Positions 8,883-18,194 of a DNA stretch of 64,000 bases are shown in pieces (position 1 is the stretch's first letter; every line of letters begins with the position of its first letter). Source of the DNA: Candidatus Woesearchaeota archaeon (GTDB lineage: Archaea > Nanobdellota > Nanobdellia > Woesearchaeales > JAZDKJ01); contig JAZDKJ010000006.1 in the NCBI GenBank assembly GCA_043803105.1, positions 320,001 to 384,000 on the forward strand. Direction: 5' to 3'. A program made the translations under genes and the position numbers. The notes beneath the pieces were generated by a model. That model was given only the letters and a program-made list of their open reading frames with translations, made no database searches and had not been told where the DNA came from.

Positions 8883-11456
8883 GTGAAAGCATGGCTCATG
8901 GATTCTTACAGGAGCAGGAACTCTATAGTGCTTTGGATAAAGACTCCTGACTCTGACATAAGGCTTGTGAGGCGCTTCAACACATTTATCTACGTTGATG
9001 TGCGAGCAGAGCCTTTTTTAAAAAAGCAGGGCCTTGTCTACTTTAGGCTGCAGAAGCAGACCTATCTTAGGAAGTGGAAGACTGTCCTTGCTGTGCTTGT
9101 GCCAAATCTTTCTGATTTTGAGAGGTTTGTCTCCTGGATTGAAAAAAGCACTAACTACACAGTCCCCATGTATAATGCTGATATTGTTCCTGAGCAGATG
9201 TTTTTTTACGAGCATAGGCTTGTCCCATGCAGTGCTGTCGAGATTGAGAACAACGTGATTATGAAAATGCCCGATGATGTCTCGATTCCTTTAAAGACCA
9301 TGGAGGTCAAGATTTGCACTAAAAATGCAAGGGACAATACTGTAAAGGTTGATTCTATTACTCTTGCTAACAAGCGTTTTGAAGGTGATGAATCATCTAT
9401 ATTAAAGTCATTTGTTGATGAATTTGTTGCTTTCGACCCTGATGTAATCGTGATTGAGCACGCATTCTCGCTTTTGCCTTATCTTGATTACAGGCTAAGG
9501 ATGAATGGATTGCATTGCCCTTTCCATCGCTGGGACGAATTGCCTATAAGGTACAGAGGCGGAAAGTCTTATTACACTTATGGCAGTGTGCGCTACCAGG
9601 ATTTTGCTATCCGCCTTCACGGCCGTTTTCTTGTTGATTCTTCTACAATGATAGGCGCAACCTGCGAGATTGATGCTATAATCGAGCTTTGCCATCTCTC
9701 TCACACAAGGTTTCAGGAGCTTGCCTCAAGAAGTTTTGGTGCAGTCTTTCAGTCTTCCCTTGTTAGGGAGATGGTTAACCATGGCTTTCTTGTCCCTTTC
9801 AAGGAGAAGCCTGTTGACAAGCCTATAAGTCTTTTCGAGCTGATGAAGTCTGACCAGGCTGCTCACAGGATTGACCCTAAGCCAGGCTTTCACACTGATG
9901 TTGCAGAGATTGATTTCTGTTCCATGTTCCCCTGGATCATCTACAACCATAACATCAGCGCTGACACAATACTTTCTGACAATGGTCCTTTCGAGCATGT
10001 TCCAGGCATTCCTGTAAGGATTTCCCTTAGCCATAAGGGCCTTGTCCCTATAGCAATAAAGCCAATACTTGATAGGCGCATGGAATACAAGAAAAACCCT
10101 ACTGCTGTGAACAAGGCCAGGGCAGTTGGCCTAAAATGGGTTCTTGTTACAAGCTATGGCTATCTCCGCTTCAGGGAGTTTAAGCTTGGCATTGCAAGGT
10201 CTCACATGGCTGTATGTGCTTATGCTAGGGAGATTCTTCTTTCTGCCATGCGACTTGCAGAGGAGAAGGGCTTTGAGGTGGTTCACGGCATTGTTGACTC
10301 GCTCTACATCAAGAAAAAAGGTATTGCAGAACAGGAAGTCAGGGACTTTTGCAGGGAGCTTGAGATGATGACAGGAATCCCTGTGGGCCTTGAAGGAATT
10401 TTCAAGTGGATTGTTTTTCTTCCAAGCGTTGTTGACAAGGACAGGCCTTTGCCTACCTGCTATTATGGGGTTTTTCATAATGGCGACATAAAGGCCAGGG
10501 GCATAGAAATCAGGAAAAGAAGCTCGCCTAATATTGTGAAGTATTTCCAGAAAAAGGCTCTTGAAGAATTGAGCAGCTGCTCCACAGAAGAAGAGATTGT
10601 GCAAAAGGCTCCAAAGCTTTGTTCTCTCCTGAAAAGGACTATCGGCAGGCTTGCAAGCCTTGATGCTAATGCCCTGTCCTGCTGTCTTCGGCTTGCCAAG
10701 CCTGATTACAAGTTTGATATTCCACAGAAGAAAGTTATGAGGCTTTTGGCTAAAAAAGGCATTTCTGTTTTTCCTGGCCAGACTGTGAGCTTTGTTTTCC
10801 AGCAGAACAGGTTGGTCTTACCAGAGGATTATAATGGCAAGCCAGACATCGCGTTTTACAGGAAGCTTTTGTTAAGGGCTCTTTTTGTCGTATTGCAGCC
10901 TTTTGGCTTCACCAAGGAAATGCTTGAGGAGTTGCTTAAATCCCAGACAAAGCTCCTTGACTTTGACACTGTTAGGCATGTTTTTGTCCCGATGCAAAAA
11001 CAATATTCTGAGCGGCAAGGTTTATCAGAGCGCATCCTTGCGAGGCGTTTGATAAAACAAGGCTGGTCTGTATGGAGGGGTGGCTTGATTAATATAGTGA
11101 ACAAGGACGACCTTTATCCCAATGTGAGAAAAAGATATGAGAAGCTTAACTCCCTTCTTTTCAAGCACCGCCCTGACCTCTTAGACTATCTGCATTATCT
11201 GTGTGATGTCCATCATGGCATGCCTGATTTCATATGCTTCAGGAACGGTGTTTTCAAGTTTGTGGAATGCAAGCTCGGCCATGAGCAATTAAGCGTTAGG
11301 CAGAAGAAATGCATTGCAAAGCTCCAGGAGATTGGATTTGTTGTTGAGGTTCACAAGCTTGTTGAGAGCTGCACAAAGGCAAGGATTGCACAGGTTAATC
11401 TTGCTGAGGGCACTAAGGTTGTGTTTGAAAGGCAGGCTAGACTTGTTTTATACTAG
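8883..11456 (+). CDS. polB2: Family B DNA polymerase, PolB2 group, fused to a C-terminal VRR-NUC-like PD-(D/E)xK nuclease
   Basis: Motif A IDFCSMFPWII, motif B LKWVLVTSYGY, motif C HGIVDS (PolB2-type variants); degenerate exonuclease domain; PIP-like QTKLLDF; then SE...GMPDF...FVECK....LS..Q. Start placed at GTG (VKAWLMD) from promoter spacing; the ORF is open from 8748. Confidence 0.88.
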   Translation: MKAWLMDSYRSRNSIVLWIKTPDSDIRLVRRFNTFIYVDVRAEPFLKKQGLVYFRLQKQTYLRKWKTVLAVLVPNLSDFERFVSWIEKSTNYTVPMYNADIVPEQMFFYEHRLVPCSAVEIENNVIMKMPDDVSIPLKTMEVKICTKNARDNTVKVDSITLANKRFEGDESSILKSFVDEFVAFDPDVIVIEHAFSLLPYLDYRLRMNGLHCPFHRWDELPIRYRGGKSYYTYGSVRYQDFAIRLHGRFLVDSSTMIGATCEIDAIIELCHLSHTRFQELASRSFGAVFQSSLVREMVNHGFLVPFKEKPVDKPISLFELMKSDQAAHRIDPKPGFHTDVAEIDFCSMFPWIIYNHNISADTILSDNGPFEHVPGIPVRISLSHKGLVPIAIKPILDRRMEYKKNPTAVNKARAVGLKWVLVTSYGYLRFREFKLGIARSHMAVCAYAREILLSAMRLAEEKGFEVVHGIVDSLYIKKKGIAEQEVRDFCRELEMMTGIPVGLEGIFKWIVFLPSVVDKDRPLPTCYYGVFHNGDIKARGIEIRKRSSPNIVKYFQKKALEELSSCSTEEEIVQKAPKLCSLLKRTIGRLASLDANALSCCLRLAKPDYKFDIPQKKVMRLLAKKGISVFPGQTVSFVFQQNRLVLPEDYNGKPDIAFYRKLLLRALFVVLQPFGFTKEMLEELLKSQTKLLDFDTVRHVFVPMQKQYSERQGLSERILARRLIKQGWSVWRGGLINIVNKDDLYPNVRKRYEKLNSLLFKHRPDLLDYLHYLCDVHHGMPDFICFRNGVFKFVECKLGHEQLSVRQKKCIAKLQEIGFVVEVHKLVESCTKARIAQVNLAEGTKVVFERQARLVLY

Positions 11457-11520
11457 CACTCTCAAATATATTATGGGTTATAATAAAACATAAAAACAAG
11501 CTGCTCATTATTTTCTGCCA

Positions 11521-12246
11521 ATGATTACCCCTGTCAGGAACATTGTGCGTAGTGACGGCAAGACCTTTGTCATCAAGGGACCTGTCCATAAAGCTTTTCC
11601 CAACGATTGGATTTTAGCAACTGGCGACATTGACGATAAGTCTTATGTATTCTTCCCCGAAGACCCGGGGCCAGTGCCCTCCGTTTACACAATGGAGGAC
11701 AGGCACACTATCACGCTTCACAAGCGCTCAACTGAGGCGAAGAAGCTCTACAGTCTTCTGGCCTTTGAATGGCAGAAATACGTCGCTGACCTTGACGATC
11801 GACTGTCTAATTTGTTTATAGAGACAAAGGAACTCATCGAGCACGGTGATGTTTTTGTTGCAGAGGAAGAGTTAGACTACATCCAACATAAACTGCAAAT
11901 TAATAGGACTGTTGTAGAGCGCCTGCTGAAAGACAGGGATTATGATGTTAGTCCCTTACAGGCTGCCCTAAGAAATGCTTATACCAAGGGGGTGGAATTC
12001 TATATTGGCATGGCCATCAAATACGCACCCAAGTTTGGCAGAGATGCTTTGGAGCATTTCTGCAACTGTGCTATTGTCTGCGCCCAAAAATCCAACCTTG
12101 AACAGAAGGTTTACGACATTCAAAAAGTTTGGACAGAACATTTGCCTGTAGCTCAGAATGCAGACATAAGGAACGAGGTTGAGCAGCTTCAGACAGGAAG
12201 GATACTTCACATGCTTAGCATGTGGCCGTCTATACCTTCGGCATAA
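11521..12246 (+). CDS. Hypothetical protein
   Basis: 241-aa ORF, helical C-terminal half, no motif recognised. Confidence 0.6.
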   Translation: MITPVRNIVRSDGKTFVIKGPVHKAFPNDWILATGDIDDKSYVFFPEDPGPVPSVYTMEDRHTITLHKRSTEAKKLYSLLAFEWQKYVADLDDRLSNLFIETKELIEHGDVFVAEEELDYIQHKLQINRTVVERLLKDRDYDVSPLQAALRNAYTKGVEFYIGMAIKYAPKFGRDALEHFCNCAIVCAQKSNLEQKVYDIQKVWTEHLPVAQNADIRNEVEQLQTGRILHMLSMWPSIPSA

Positions 12247-12272
12247 TCCAAAAAAAATAAAAAGAAAAAAAT

Positions 12273-12470
12273 CTACTCCTTATATAAGAAGTATATCATG
12301 TACAGGGCGGCCAAACCAACCAAGATGTAGATTATGGTTACCAGCATGCTAATGCCACCAAAAATTGCTGTAACCAGATTTAGGTTAAATGCCCCAACCA
12401 GTCCCCAGTTCAGCCCTCCTATGATAACAAGGATCAGGCTAGTCCAGTCCAATGCGTTTTTTTCTGCCAC
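12273..12470 (-). CDS. DUF378 small membrane protein
   Basis: LVIIGGLNWGLVG..NLV..IFG...IIYILVGLA; GGAGGTG ribosome-binding site. Confidence 0.92.
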   Translation of the reverse strand: MAEKNALDWTSLILVIIGGLNWGLVGAFNLNLVTAIFGGISMLVTIIYILVGLAALYMIYFLYKE

Positions 12471-12596
12471 TTTACCACCTCCAAACTATATATCAAAACC
12501 TGGCTATTCTCCTATATAAAAACTTTGCGCTTAAACCACCCTGTGTATGATGGTCGGTGCAAATCTTTTTAAATTCCATGGTAACAACCTTTCGCT

Positions 12597-13004
12597 ATGA
12601 AATACTGTAAAATCCCAGAACCTCCTGTTGATCCAGTAACCGGTCTGCGAATAGGCACCAGCAATCTGGTAATGTCATGCCTTGAGGATGAACTCCAAAA
12701 GGTGCAAAAAGCGCTGGAAGGCACTGGCTGGACAGTGAGGCAGATTCCAGGGGTTTTGCCTTATTGCCGTATCCCATATCTTCTCCCAGTACAATCAGGA
12801 AAGTCTGTTGTCTATCTCGCGCAGATTAGCGACCCCACTGGAACGGTCCTTGCCAACTTTGACGAAAAAATAGTCCGGCGATGGTTCAGTCCTTTTGATA
12901 CTGTCAACGCTATATTCAAGCTTCAATCTCCTGACGGGCAATGTCTAACTATTGAGTTTCCTGTAAAGGATGCGGGAGTTTATTGTCAAAGAAATCACAA
13001 ATGA
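12597..13004 (+). CDS. Hypothetical protein
   Basis: 135-aa ORF about 25 nt after TTTTTAAA. Confidence 0.55.
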   Translation: MKYCKIPEPPVDPVTGLRIGTSNLVMSCLEDELQKVQKALEGTGWTVRQIPGVLPYCRIPYLLPVQSGKSVVYLAQISDPTGTVLANFDEKIVRRWFSPFDTVNAIFKLQSPDGQCLTIEFPVKDAGVYCQRNHK

Positions 13005-13010
13005 GTATGC

Positions 13011-14117
13011 CTATTCTTTCTTGTTCACCAGCTCTACCACAGACTCGCTATGGTTTGTCTGCGGGAAGAAATCAAAGAGTGCAGCGCTCTTTACTCTGTA
13101 GTTCTTGAATTTAGGGATGTCCTTCGCAAGTTGTCCCACATTGCATGAGATATATATTATGGCTTCAGGCTCAAGCCTTTTCAATTGTGTTATTGTCTCC
13201 TGCTCCATTCCGCTCCTTGGAGGGTCAGCAATTACGAAGTTATGCTTTTCAAACCTTAACCTTCCAATCTGCCTTGCTTCAAGGTTAACTGCCTCAGCAT
13301 TCGTGACTTTGTTTTTCTGTATATTGTGCTTTGCAAATTCCACTGCGCGCTTGTAGCTTTCGACCATTACCACTCTCTTAAACAAATCAGAGTTTATTAT
13401 TCCGAAGGTTCCCACTCCAGAATACAGGTCTAACAAGGTTGCTGATTTGGTTGGGTAATCCTCAAGAAGTTTTCTAACATATCTATGCATCTCCTCTGCC
13501 ATCTCATGGTTGTTCTGGAAAAATCCTTGAATAGAGTACCTGAATTCTTTGTCCAGCAGGGTCTCGGTCAAATAGTCCCTTCCCTTGATAATTGCGAACT
13601 CTTCAGACACTCCTACATTTGTTCCTTTAGGAACGTATGTTACTAACACATTGTTTGCATTTGACCTAAAACCTTTAATCTGCTCAACAGCCTCATTGAG
13701 TCTTACTGATTCTTGATTCAATACAAAGGATATGCTCGAATCACCCGGTGGTGTCCTTATGACTGCAAACTTGTTTGTGCCGGTGAAGTTCTTGAAATCA
13801 AAAAAATCTCTATCCTTAAATTTAGAGTTAACCTCCGCAAGGAGCTTGTTTATCTCAGCGCTAGCTATCACGCATTCCTCTACTGCTATTACTGTTGTGG
13901 GCTCCCTTTCCTTTCTAAAGCCAAGGCCTTCCTTACAAAAAACCAAGTCCATCCTTGTCCTGTAGCCATACTCCTTGCCAGAAAAGACCTTGATGTCATC
14001 AATCTTGACAGCCTTCTGTAACACTTTTTTCTTGTTCTCGAGCTGCAATTCATAGGTGATATGCTGGCTTGTGCATCCCCCGCACTTTCCAAAGTATATG
14101 CATTCTGCCATACGCAT
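13011..14117 (-). CDS. RlmD/RumA/TrmA-family RNA m5U methyltransferase without a TRAM domain
   Basis: CIYFGKCGGC Fe-S motif, FFQNN, LDLYSGVG, DPPRSG, YISCN, DFFPQT.HSE. Confidence 0.92.
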   Translation of the reverse strand: MRMAECIYFGKCGGCTSQHITYELQLENKKKVLQKAVKIDDIKVFSGKEYGYRTRMDLVFCKEGLGFRKEREPTTVIAVEECVIASAEINKLLAEVNSKFKDRDFFDFKNFTGTNKFAVIRTPPGDSSISFVLNQESVRLNEAVEQIKGFRSNANNVLVTYVPKGTNVGVSEEFAIIKGRDYLTETLLDKEFRYSIQGFFQNNHEMAEEMHRYVRKLLEDYPTKSATLLDLYSGVGTFGIINSDLFKRVVMVESYKRAVEFAKHNIQKNKVTNAEAVNLEARQIGRLRFEKHNFVIADPPRSGMEQETITQLKRLEPEAIIYISCNVGQLAKDIPKFKNYRVKSAALFDFFPQTNHSESVVELVNKKE

Positions 14118-14185
14118 TTGGAGTTCCTTCTTGTATTAAACTTTATGCAAAAAGCTTTTTAAGTGACATAGTAATTTTCCTGGCA

Positions 14186-15286
14186 ATGACGCCTGTACCG
14201 GTAACTTATGTGCCAGCAACTTATAATAGACTAATCCATTTAAGCTCAAGTCAGGCTGTCGAGCTGATTGCCCAATCATACCAAATCAAGAAGGAAGAGC
14301 TTGTCGAGCTCGTAAAAGGCAATTTTCGTGACAAACTCCCGCATTCTGCATGGCTAATACTAAATAGTTCGCACAAGAATCTTAAGATCCCTAAGGAAGA
14401 CTGTCTTACCCAGATAACTCCTGCAAAGATTGCTGCATTGGTTACTGATTGGTCTTCGCCCGTCTCAGACACGAAAGGGATTGAAAACATCCTACCCAAT
14501 CCTTACGGAACAGATGACCCAGTTACCGCACTTTCAAATTTCCAGAGAAAGACTGCAGAAAGGCTTTGGGGCAAAGGTTATGCCTATCAAGTCGGTGAAC
14601 CAACTCCTGCCAAGAAAGATAAGAGGTCGGTCTGGGCTAGGGACTTGAATGTTTATCATTTGTTTTTCTTTGGTGCTGTTAAGGCAGCCGGCACGCCTTA
14701 CGATGATGGAAGATTAACAATCTCTGGCGAGGCTGAAGATTCTGTATTCTATAATACCTGTCTTGAGGGTATGCTGAAAACTGTGTTCAAACTTAACATT
14801 CGAACTCAGGCAGAGTCCATAAACCACCGGAACGGCAAAGAGAACTGCATTGACCACCGTGTCCGTTTGTATTCCAGGTCGTGGAAACTCCATTCATATC
14901 TTCAAAACAGGATTGATTTATTTGATAAAGAGTGTTCTTTCTTGCCGCTAAAGCCAGAGCACCTTGTAAAAGACCAGACAGAGGCATCAAATTTTTCTCT
15001 AGCGTATCTTATGGGTATGATTGCTGCAGGTGGCTATTTCAAGATGAGGGATTATGGCAACTCGCTTCAATTCGATGACTCCAACCGAGAACTTATCCAC
15101 GACATAAAGCATGTTATTGATTCAAATTTTCTGCCCTTTGATTATCGCAATCCATCCAATAGTCCTGGCCACCTTACCTTTAGCCAGGCTGAAGTGCAAA
15201 AGATGGCTGAGCAATATGTTCCTTTTAAGATAGTCCCTGGCCAGATAGGCTTGCTCACAAACCTGAAACATATTGCTCGCTTGTGA
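14186..15286 (+). CDS. Free-standing LAGLIDADG-like protein with two motifs, both lacking the catalytic acid
   Basis: FFFGAVKAAG...RLTIS and LAYLMGMIAAGGYF...LQFDDSNRELIHDIK. Confidence 0.6.
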   Translation: MTPVPVTYVPATYNRLIHLSSSQAVELIAQSYQIKKEELVELVKGNFRDKLPHSAWLILNSSHKNLKIPKEDCLTQITPAKIAALVTDWSSPVSDTKGIENILPNPYGTDDPVTALSNFQRKTAERLWGKGYAYQVGEPTPAKKDKRSVWARDLNVYHLFFFGAVKAAGTPYDDGRLTISGEAEDSVFYNTCLEGMLKTVFKLNIRTQAESINHRNGKENCIDHRVRLYSRSWKLHSYLQNRIDLFDKECSFLPLKPEHLVKDQTEASNFSLAYLMGMIAAGGYFKMRDYGNSLQFDDSNRELIHDIKHVIDSNFLPFDYRNPSNSPGHLTFSQAEVQKMAEQYVPFKIVPGQIGLLTNLKHIARL

Positions 15287-15322
15287 ATAAAGTTTATATA
15301 TAGAAGATTCTTATGTATCCTC

Positions 15323-15433
15323 ATGAAAAAGAAGAAGAAACTGCTTGATGAAGAGCCCTTGGACATTGAGGACAACAGTGACATAGTGGTCCACGAGCCT
15401 TATGTGAAGGAAGAGCACAGGAAAGAGGTCTAG
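15323..15433 (+). CDS. Putative 36-aa charged microprotein
   Basis: MKKKKKLLDEEPLDIEDNSDIVVHEPYVKEEHRKEV; TTTATATA about 25 nt upstream. Confidence 0.4.
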   Translation: MKKKKKLLDEEPLDIEDNSDIVVHEPYVKEEHRKEV

Positions 15434-15474
15434 CACAAACTTTTTTATATAACCCTAGATGCCAGTCTGCTTGC

Positions 15475-15590
15475 GGGCCCATAGCTTAGCAGGTAGAGCA
15501 TCCGGCTCTTAAGATTCAAAGCAACCGGAAGGTCGGGAGTTCAAAAGGCTCTTAGCGCATGTTAAGGCATTGAAAGCCTCCCTGGGCTCA
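15475..15590 (+). tRNA. tRNA-Lys(CTT) with two introns: 37/38 at 15512-15523 and 59/60 at 15546-15576
   Basis: Acceptor GGGCCCA/TGGGCTC, anticodon stem TCCGG/CCGGA with CTT, T stem GGGAG/CTCCC. Bulge-helix motif TTCA/TGAA with AAA and AGC bulges. TATA upstream and T-run downstream. Confidence 0.9.
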
Positions 15591-15613
15591 CTTTTTTTCT
15601 CTGAGCAATTTAC

Positions 15614-16318
15614 TTAAGTTTGTTGTAAGAAATCTACTTTCTTTGTTGCCATTAAAGTCACAGATTCAAGTGCCTTAGGTGCTTTGTAAGGCCCTGGCCC
15701 AAGGCTTGCCTCTATTCCCGGTATGCTGCTTATTTGTTCATTTACGAACCTACTAAGATCATTTGGGCCAAAGGTAATATGATAAATGTTGGTTGCCTCT
15801 TCTGATTTCATCCTTTGAAGCACCACTTCTGGATGAGTGTTCAAATAGTCCTTTACCAGCCGCAAAGCCAACATCATCTGATCCAGCAATATTGGTCCAC
15901 TTTTCATGCTGATTGACAATTTCTGGTAATTGATAGACAGAGTCTTTATAACCAGTTCGTCAACCTTCTCAACCAAAGTTCCTTTGCCCAGGAAATTTGA
16001 CTTTAATGGCTCATCAGGCTTTTCTTTGCTGCAGCGAACGTAGAACATCTCGCTTCCATCACTAACTTGGAGATAGTAATCACGAACTCCTTGTTCAGTC
16101 ACTTTTGTTGTGGTCGCTTCTCCAAATGCTTCCAGTATTGCCAGTGTATGCCCCTGGTGCCTGTCCAAAAACCTTTGGTGGTCGTCTTGCGGCACCGCGC
16201 CTTGCGTCATTTCCTCAATAGTTTTGCCTTTGGCAACATTGTACTCAGGCCAATTGTCAAAAGGCGAAATTGGCTCTGCCTTTTTGCAGTCTCTACAAAA
16301 CCTGAATGCCTTAGCCAT
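15614..16318 (-). CDS. Hypothetical protein with N-terminal CxxC and HxxH (possible Zn site)
   Basis: FCRDCK...FLDRHQGH. Confidence 0.6.
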   Translation of the reverse strand: MAKAFRFCRDCKKAEPISPFDNWPEYNVAKGKTIEEMTQGAVPQDDHQRFLDRHQGHTLAILEAFGEATTTKVTEQGVRDYYLQVSDGSEMFYVRCSKEKPDEPLKSNFLGKGTLVEKVDELVIKTLSINYQKLSISMKSGPILLDQMMLALRLVKDYLNTHPEVVLQRMKSEEATNIYHITFGPNDLSRFVNEQISSIPGIEASLGPGPYKAPKALESVTLMATKKVDFLQQT

Positions 16319-16366
16319 AGGAGAGAGGAATCACCAAATGTTTATAATGTTTAACCTTTACAGAAA

Positions 16367-16876
16367 TCATTTTGTCTTTCGCATTCTGCGCAGGGCTTCT
16401 AGCTCTATTGGCCTCATTGTACTCTGAAGGCGCTCATAAGTCTTTTCCAGGTTCGAAAGAGTCCCCGGCTTATAGCCATTTTCTTCTAGCCACTTAAGAT
16501 AATCGCTAACAACACCCTGTATTGGGTACTGAATGGCTGATACATTGTTCTCCAGCCTGCTTATCCTGACCCTTGCAGATTGTACATTCTTTGCTCCTAA
16601 TTTGTTTGCAAGGTCTGCCAGGCTTAATCCTTGAATTTGCCTTATCATCCTGGCTTGTTTTCCGTCAAATGGCTTGTATTTTTTTGAGTTAACGCTTAGC
16701 TGCATTGCTACTGCCTCAACCCTTTGCACATAATCCAGTCTTTCTTGTCTCGGTAGCTTATGGAAATGGTCTGCCATTTGTTTCAGATAAAGCCCGAGAA
16801 CATTCTCAAGAGAACTGTCAAGTCTTTGCTTCGCCTTTTCCAGTTGTGCAATATATTGATGGTCATCCAGTACCAT
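16367..16876 (-). CDS. XRE-family helix-turn-helix protein
   Basis: IRQIQGLSLADLANKLG....RVRISRLEN. Confidence 0.75.
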   Translation of the reverse strand: MVLDDHQYIAQLEKAKQRLDSSLENVLGLYLKQMADHFHKLPRQERLDYVQRVEAVAMQLSVNSKKYKPFDGKQARMIRQIQGLSLADLANKLGAKNVQSARVRISRLENNVSAIQYPIQGVVSDYLKWLEENGYKPGTLSNLEKTYERLQSTMRPIELEALRRMRKTK

Positions 16877-17087
16877 TTTGGTTTGATTATTTCATTAAGC
16901 CTTAAAAAGCTTATCCCAGCCCTATCTCCCATTAGGCAATACGAAATTCATATATGGAAATTCCCAAAAAAACTAAACCTTTATAAACCCTTTAGGTTTC
17001 TTAAGTGCGAGAGAGAAAGAGTGAGGTCAAATTCAGAAAAAACTACTTTCTCGGCAATAAAATTGCTGTTTTGGAGAAAAAAGATTG

Positions 17088-17438
17088 ATGAACAAAATCA
17101 AGCCGATTTTGCCCAGCTTAAGGGAAAGAAAAAGGTATTTGGCTTTCGAAATAATCTCTGAAGACAAAGCACACGACTTTTCCGCTGTTTCAAAGGCTCT
17201 TTGGCAGGCTTTTTACAAATGCCTGGGAGAATTTGAGTGCAGCAGGGCAGGTATTCAGATTGTGGCAGAGAAGTACAACGCAAATCTGCAAAGAGGACTG
17301 TTGAGGGTAAACAATCGGTACGTAAACCATATAAAATCAGCCTTGATTTTCATCGATCATGTCAGCGGCACCAATGCTATAGTAAGGAGTGTTGGCGTGA
17401 GCGGCATGATCTCAAAAGCGCAACGGCAATACTTATAA
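17088..17438 (+). CDS. rnp2: Ribonuclease P protein Pop5/Rpp14
   Basis: PSLRERKRYLAFEI, VGVSGMISKA; directly upstream of psmA. Confidence 0.9.
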   Translation: MNKIKPILPSLRERKRYLAFEIISEDKAHDFSAVSKALWQAFYKCLGEFECSRAGIQIVAEKYNANLQRGLLRVNNRYVNHIKSALIFIDHVSGTNAIVRSVGVSGMISKAQRQYL

Positions 17439-17454
17439 TTCGGAGGTAAGAAAA

Positions 17455-18189
17455 ATGCAACAACCAATGCCCCATCAACTTATGGGTTACGATAGGGCTA
17501 TAACTATGTTCAGCCCAGACGGAAGGCTGTTACAGGTTGAATATGCTAAAAAGACTGTCAAGCAGGGCTCTACTGCCATTGGAATGGTTTGCAGCGATGG
17601 TGTTCTTCTTGTAACAGACAAGAGAATCTTAGACAAGCTCGTTGTTCCGGATTCTGTTGAGAAAATTTTCCAGATCGATGAGCACATAGGCGCAACTGCC
17701 TCAGGCATTCTCTCTGACGCGAGAGTGCTCATTGAGCGTGCACAATTGACTGCTCAGCAGCACAAGATTACTTACGATACTGCAATTGATGTTATTAGCA
17801 TAGTTAAGGACATCTGCAATTTGAAGCAGATATGCACTCAGTCAGGTGGTTTAAGACCTTTTGGGGTCTCTATCCTGGTTGCAGGTATAGACAGGAACGG
17901 GCCACAACTGTATGAGACTGATCCAACAGGAATTTTCTTCCAGTATAGGGCTACTGTCATTGGCGAAGGCGAGACAGAGATTGAGGACATACTTCACAAG
18001 CAGTACAGCGAGAAGATGAACCTTGATGAGGGCTTGAAGCTTTGTTTGCGCGCCTTAACCAAAGTGCTTGACCAGAATTTCACCATTGAAAGGCTTGATG
18101 CTGCGTTTATTCCTGTGGATAAGCCATTTTTCCAGAAGGTTTCAAGGGACAAGCTCGACAAGTTCTTGAAGGAAATAAAGAAGAAGTGA
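17455..18189 (+). CDS. psmA: Proteasome alpha subunit
   Basis: GYDRAITMFSPDGRLLQVEYA, RPFGVSIL. Confidence 0.98.
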   Translation: MQQPMPHQLMGYDRAITMFSPDGRLLQVEYAKKTVKQGSTAIGMVCSDGVLLVTDKRILDKLVVPDSVEKIFQIDEHIGATASGILSDARVLIERAQLTAQQHKITYDTAIDVISIVKDICNLKQICTQSGGLRPFGVSILVAGIDRNGPQLYETDPTGIFFQYRATVIGEGETEIEDILHKQYSEKMNLDEGLKLCLRALTKVLDQNFTIERLDAAFIPVDKPFFQKVSRDKLDKFLKEIKKK

Positions 18190-18194
18190 TTTTG

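Noticed and set aside
14186-15286. Intein or active homing endonuclease
   Set aside because: No Cys/Ser start or His-Asn end, no host gene, and both catalytic acids are missing
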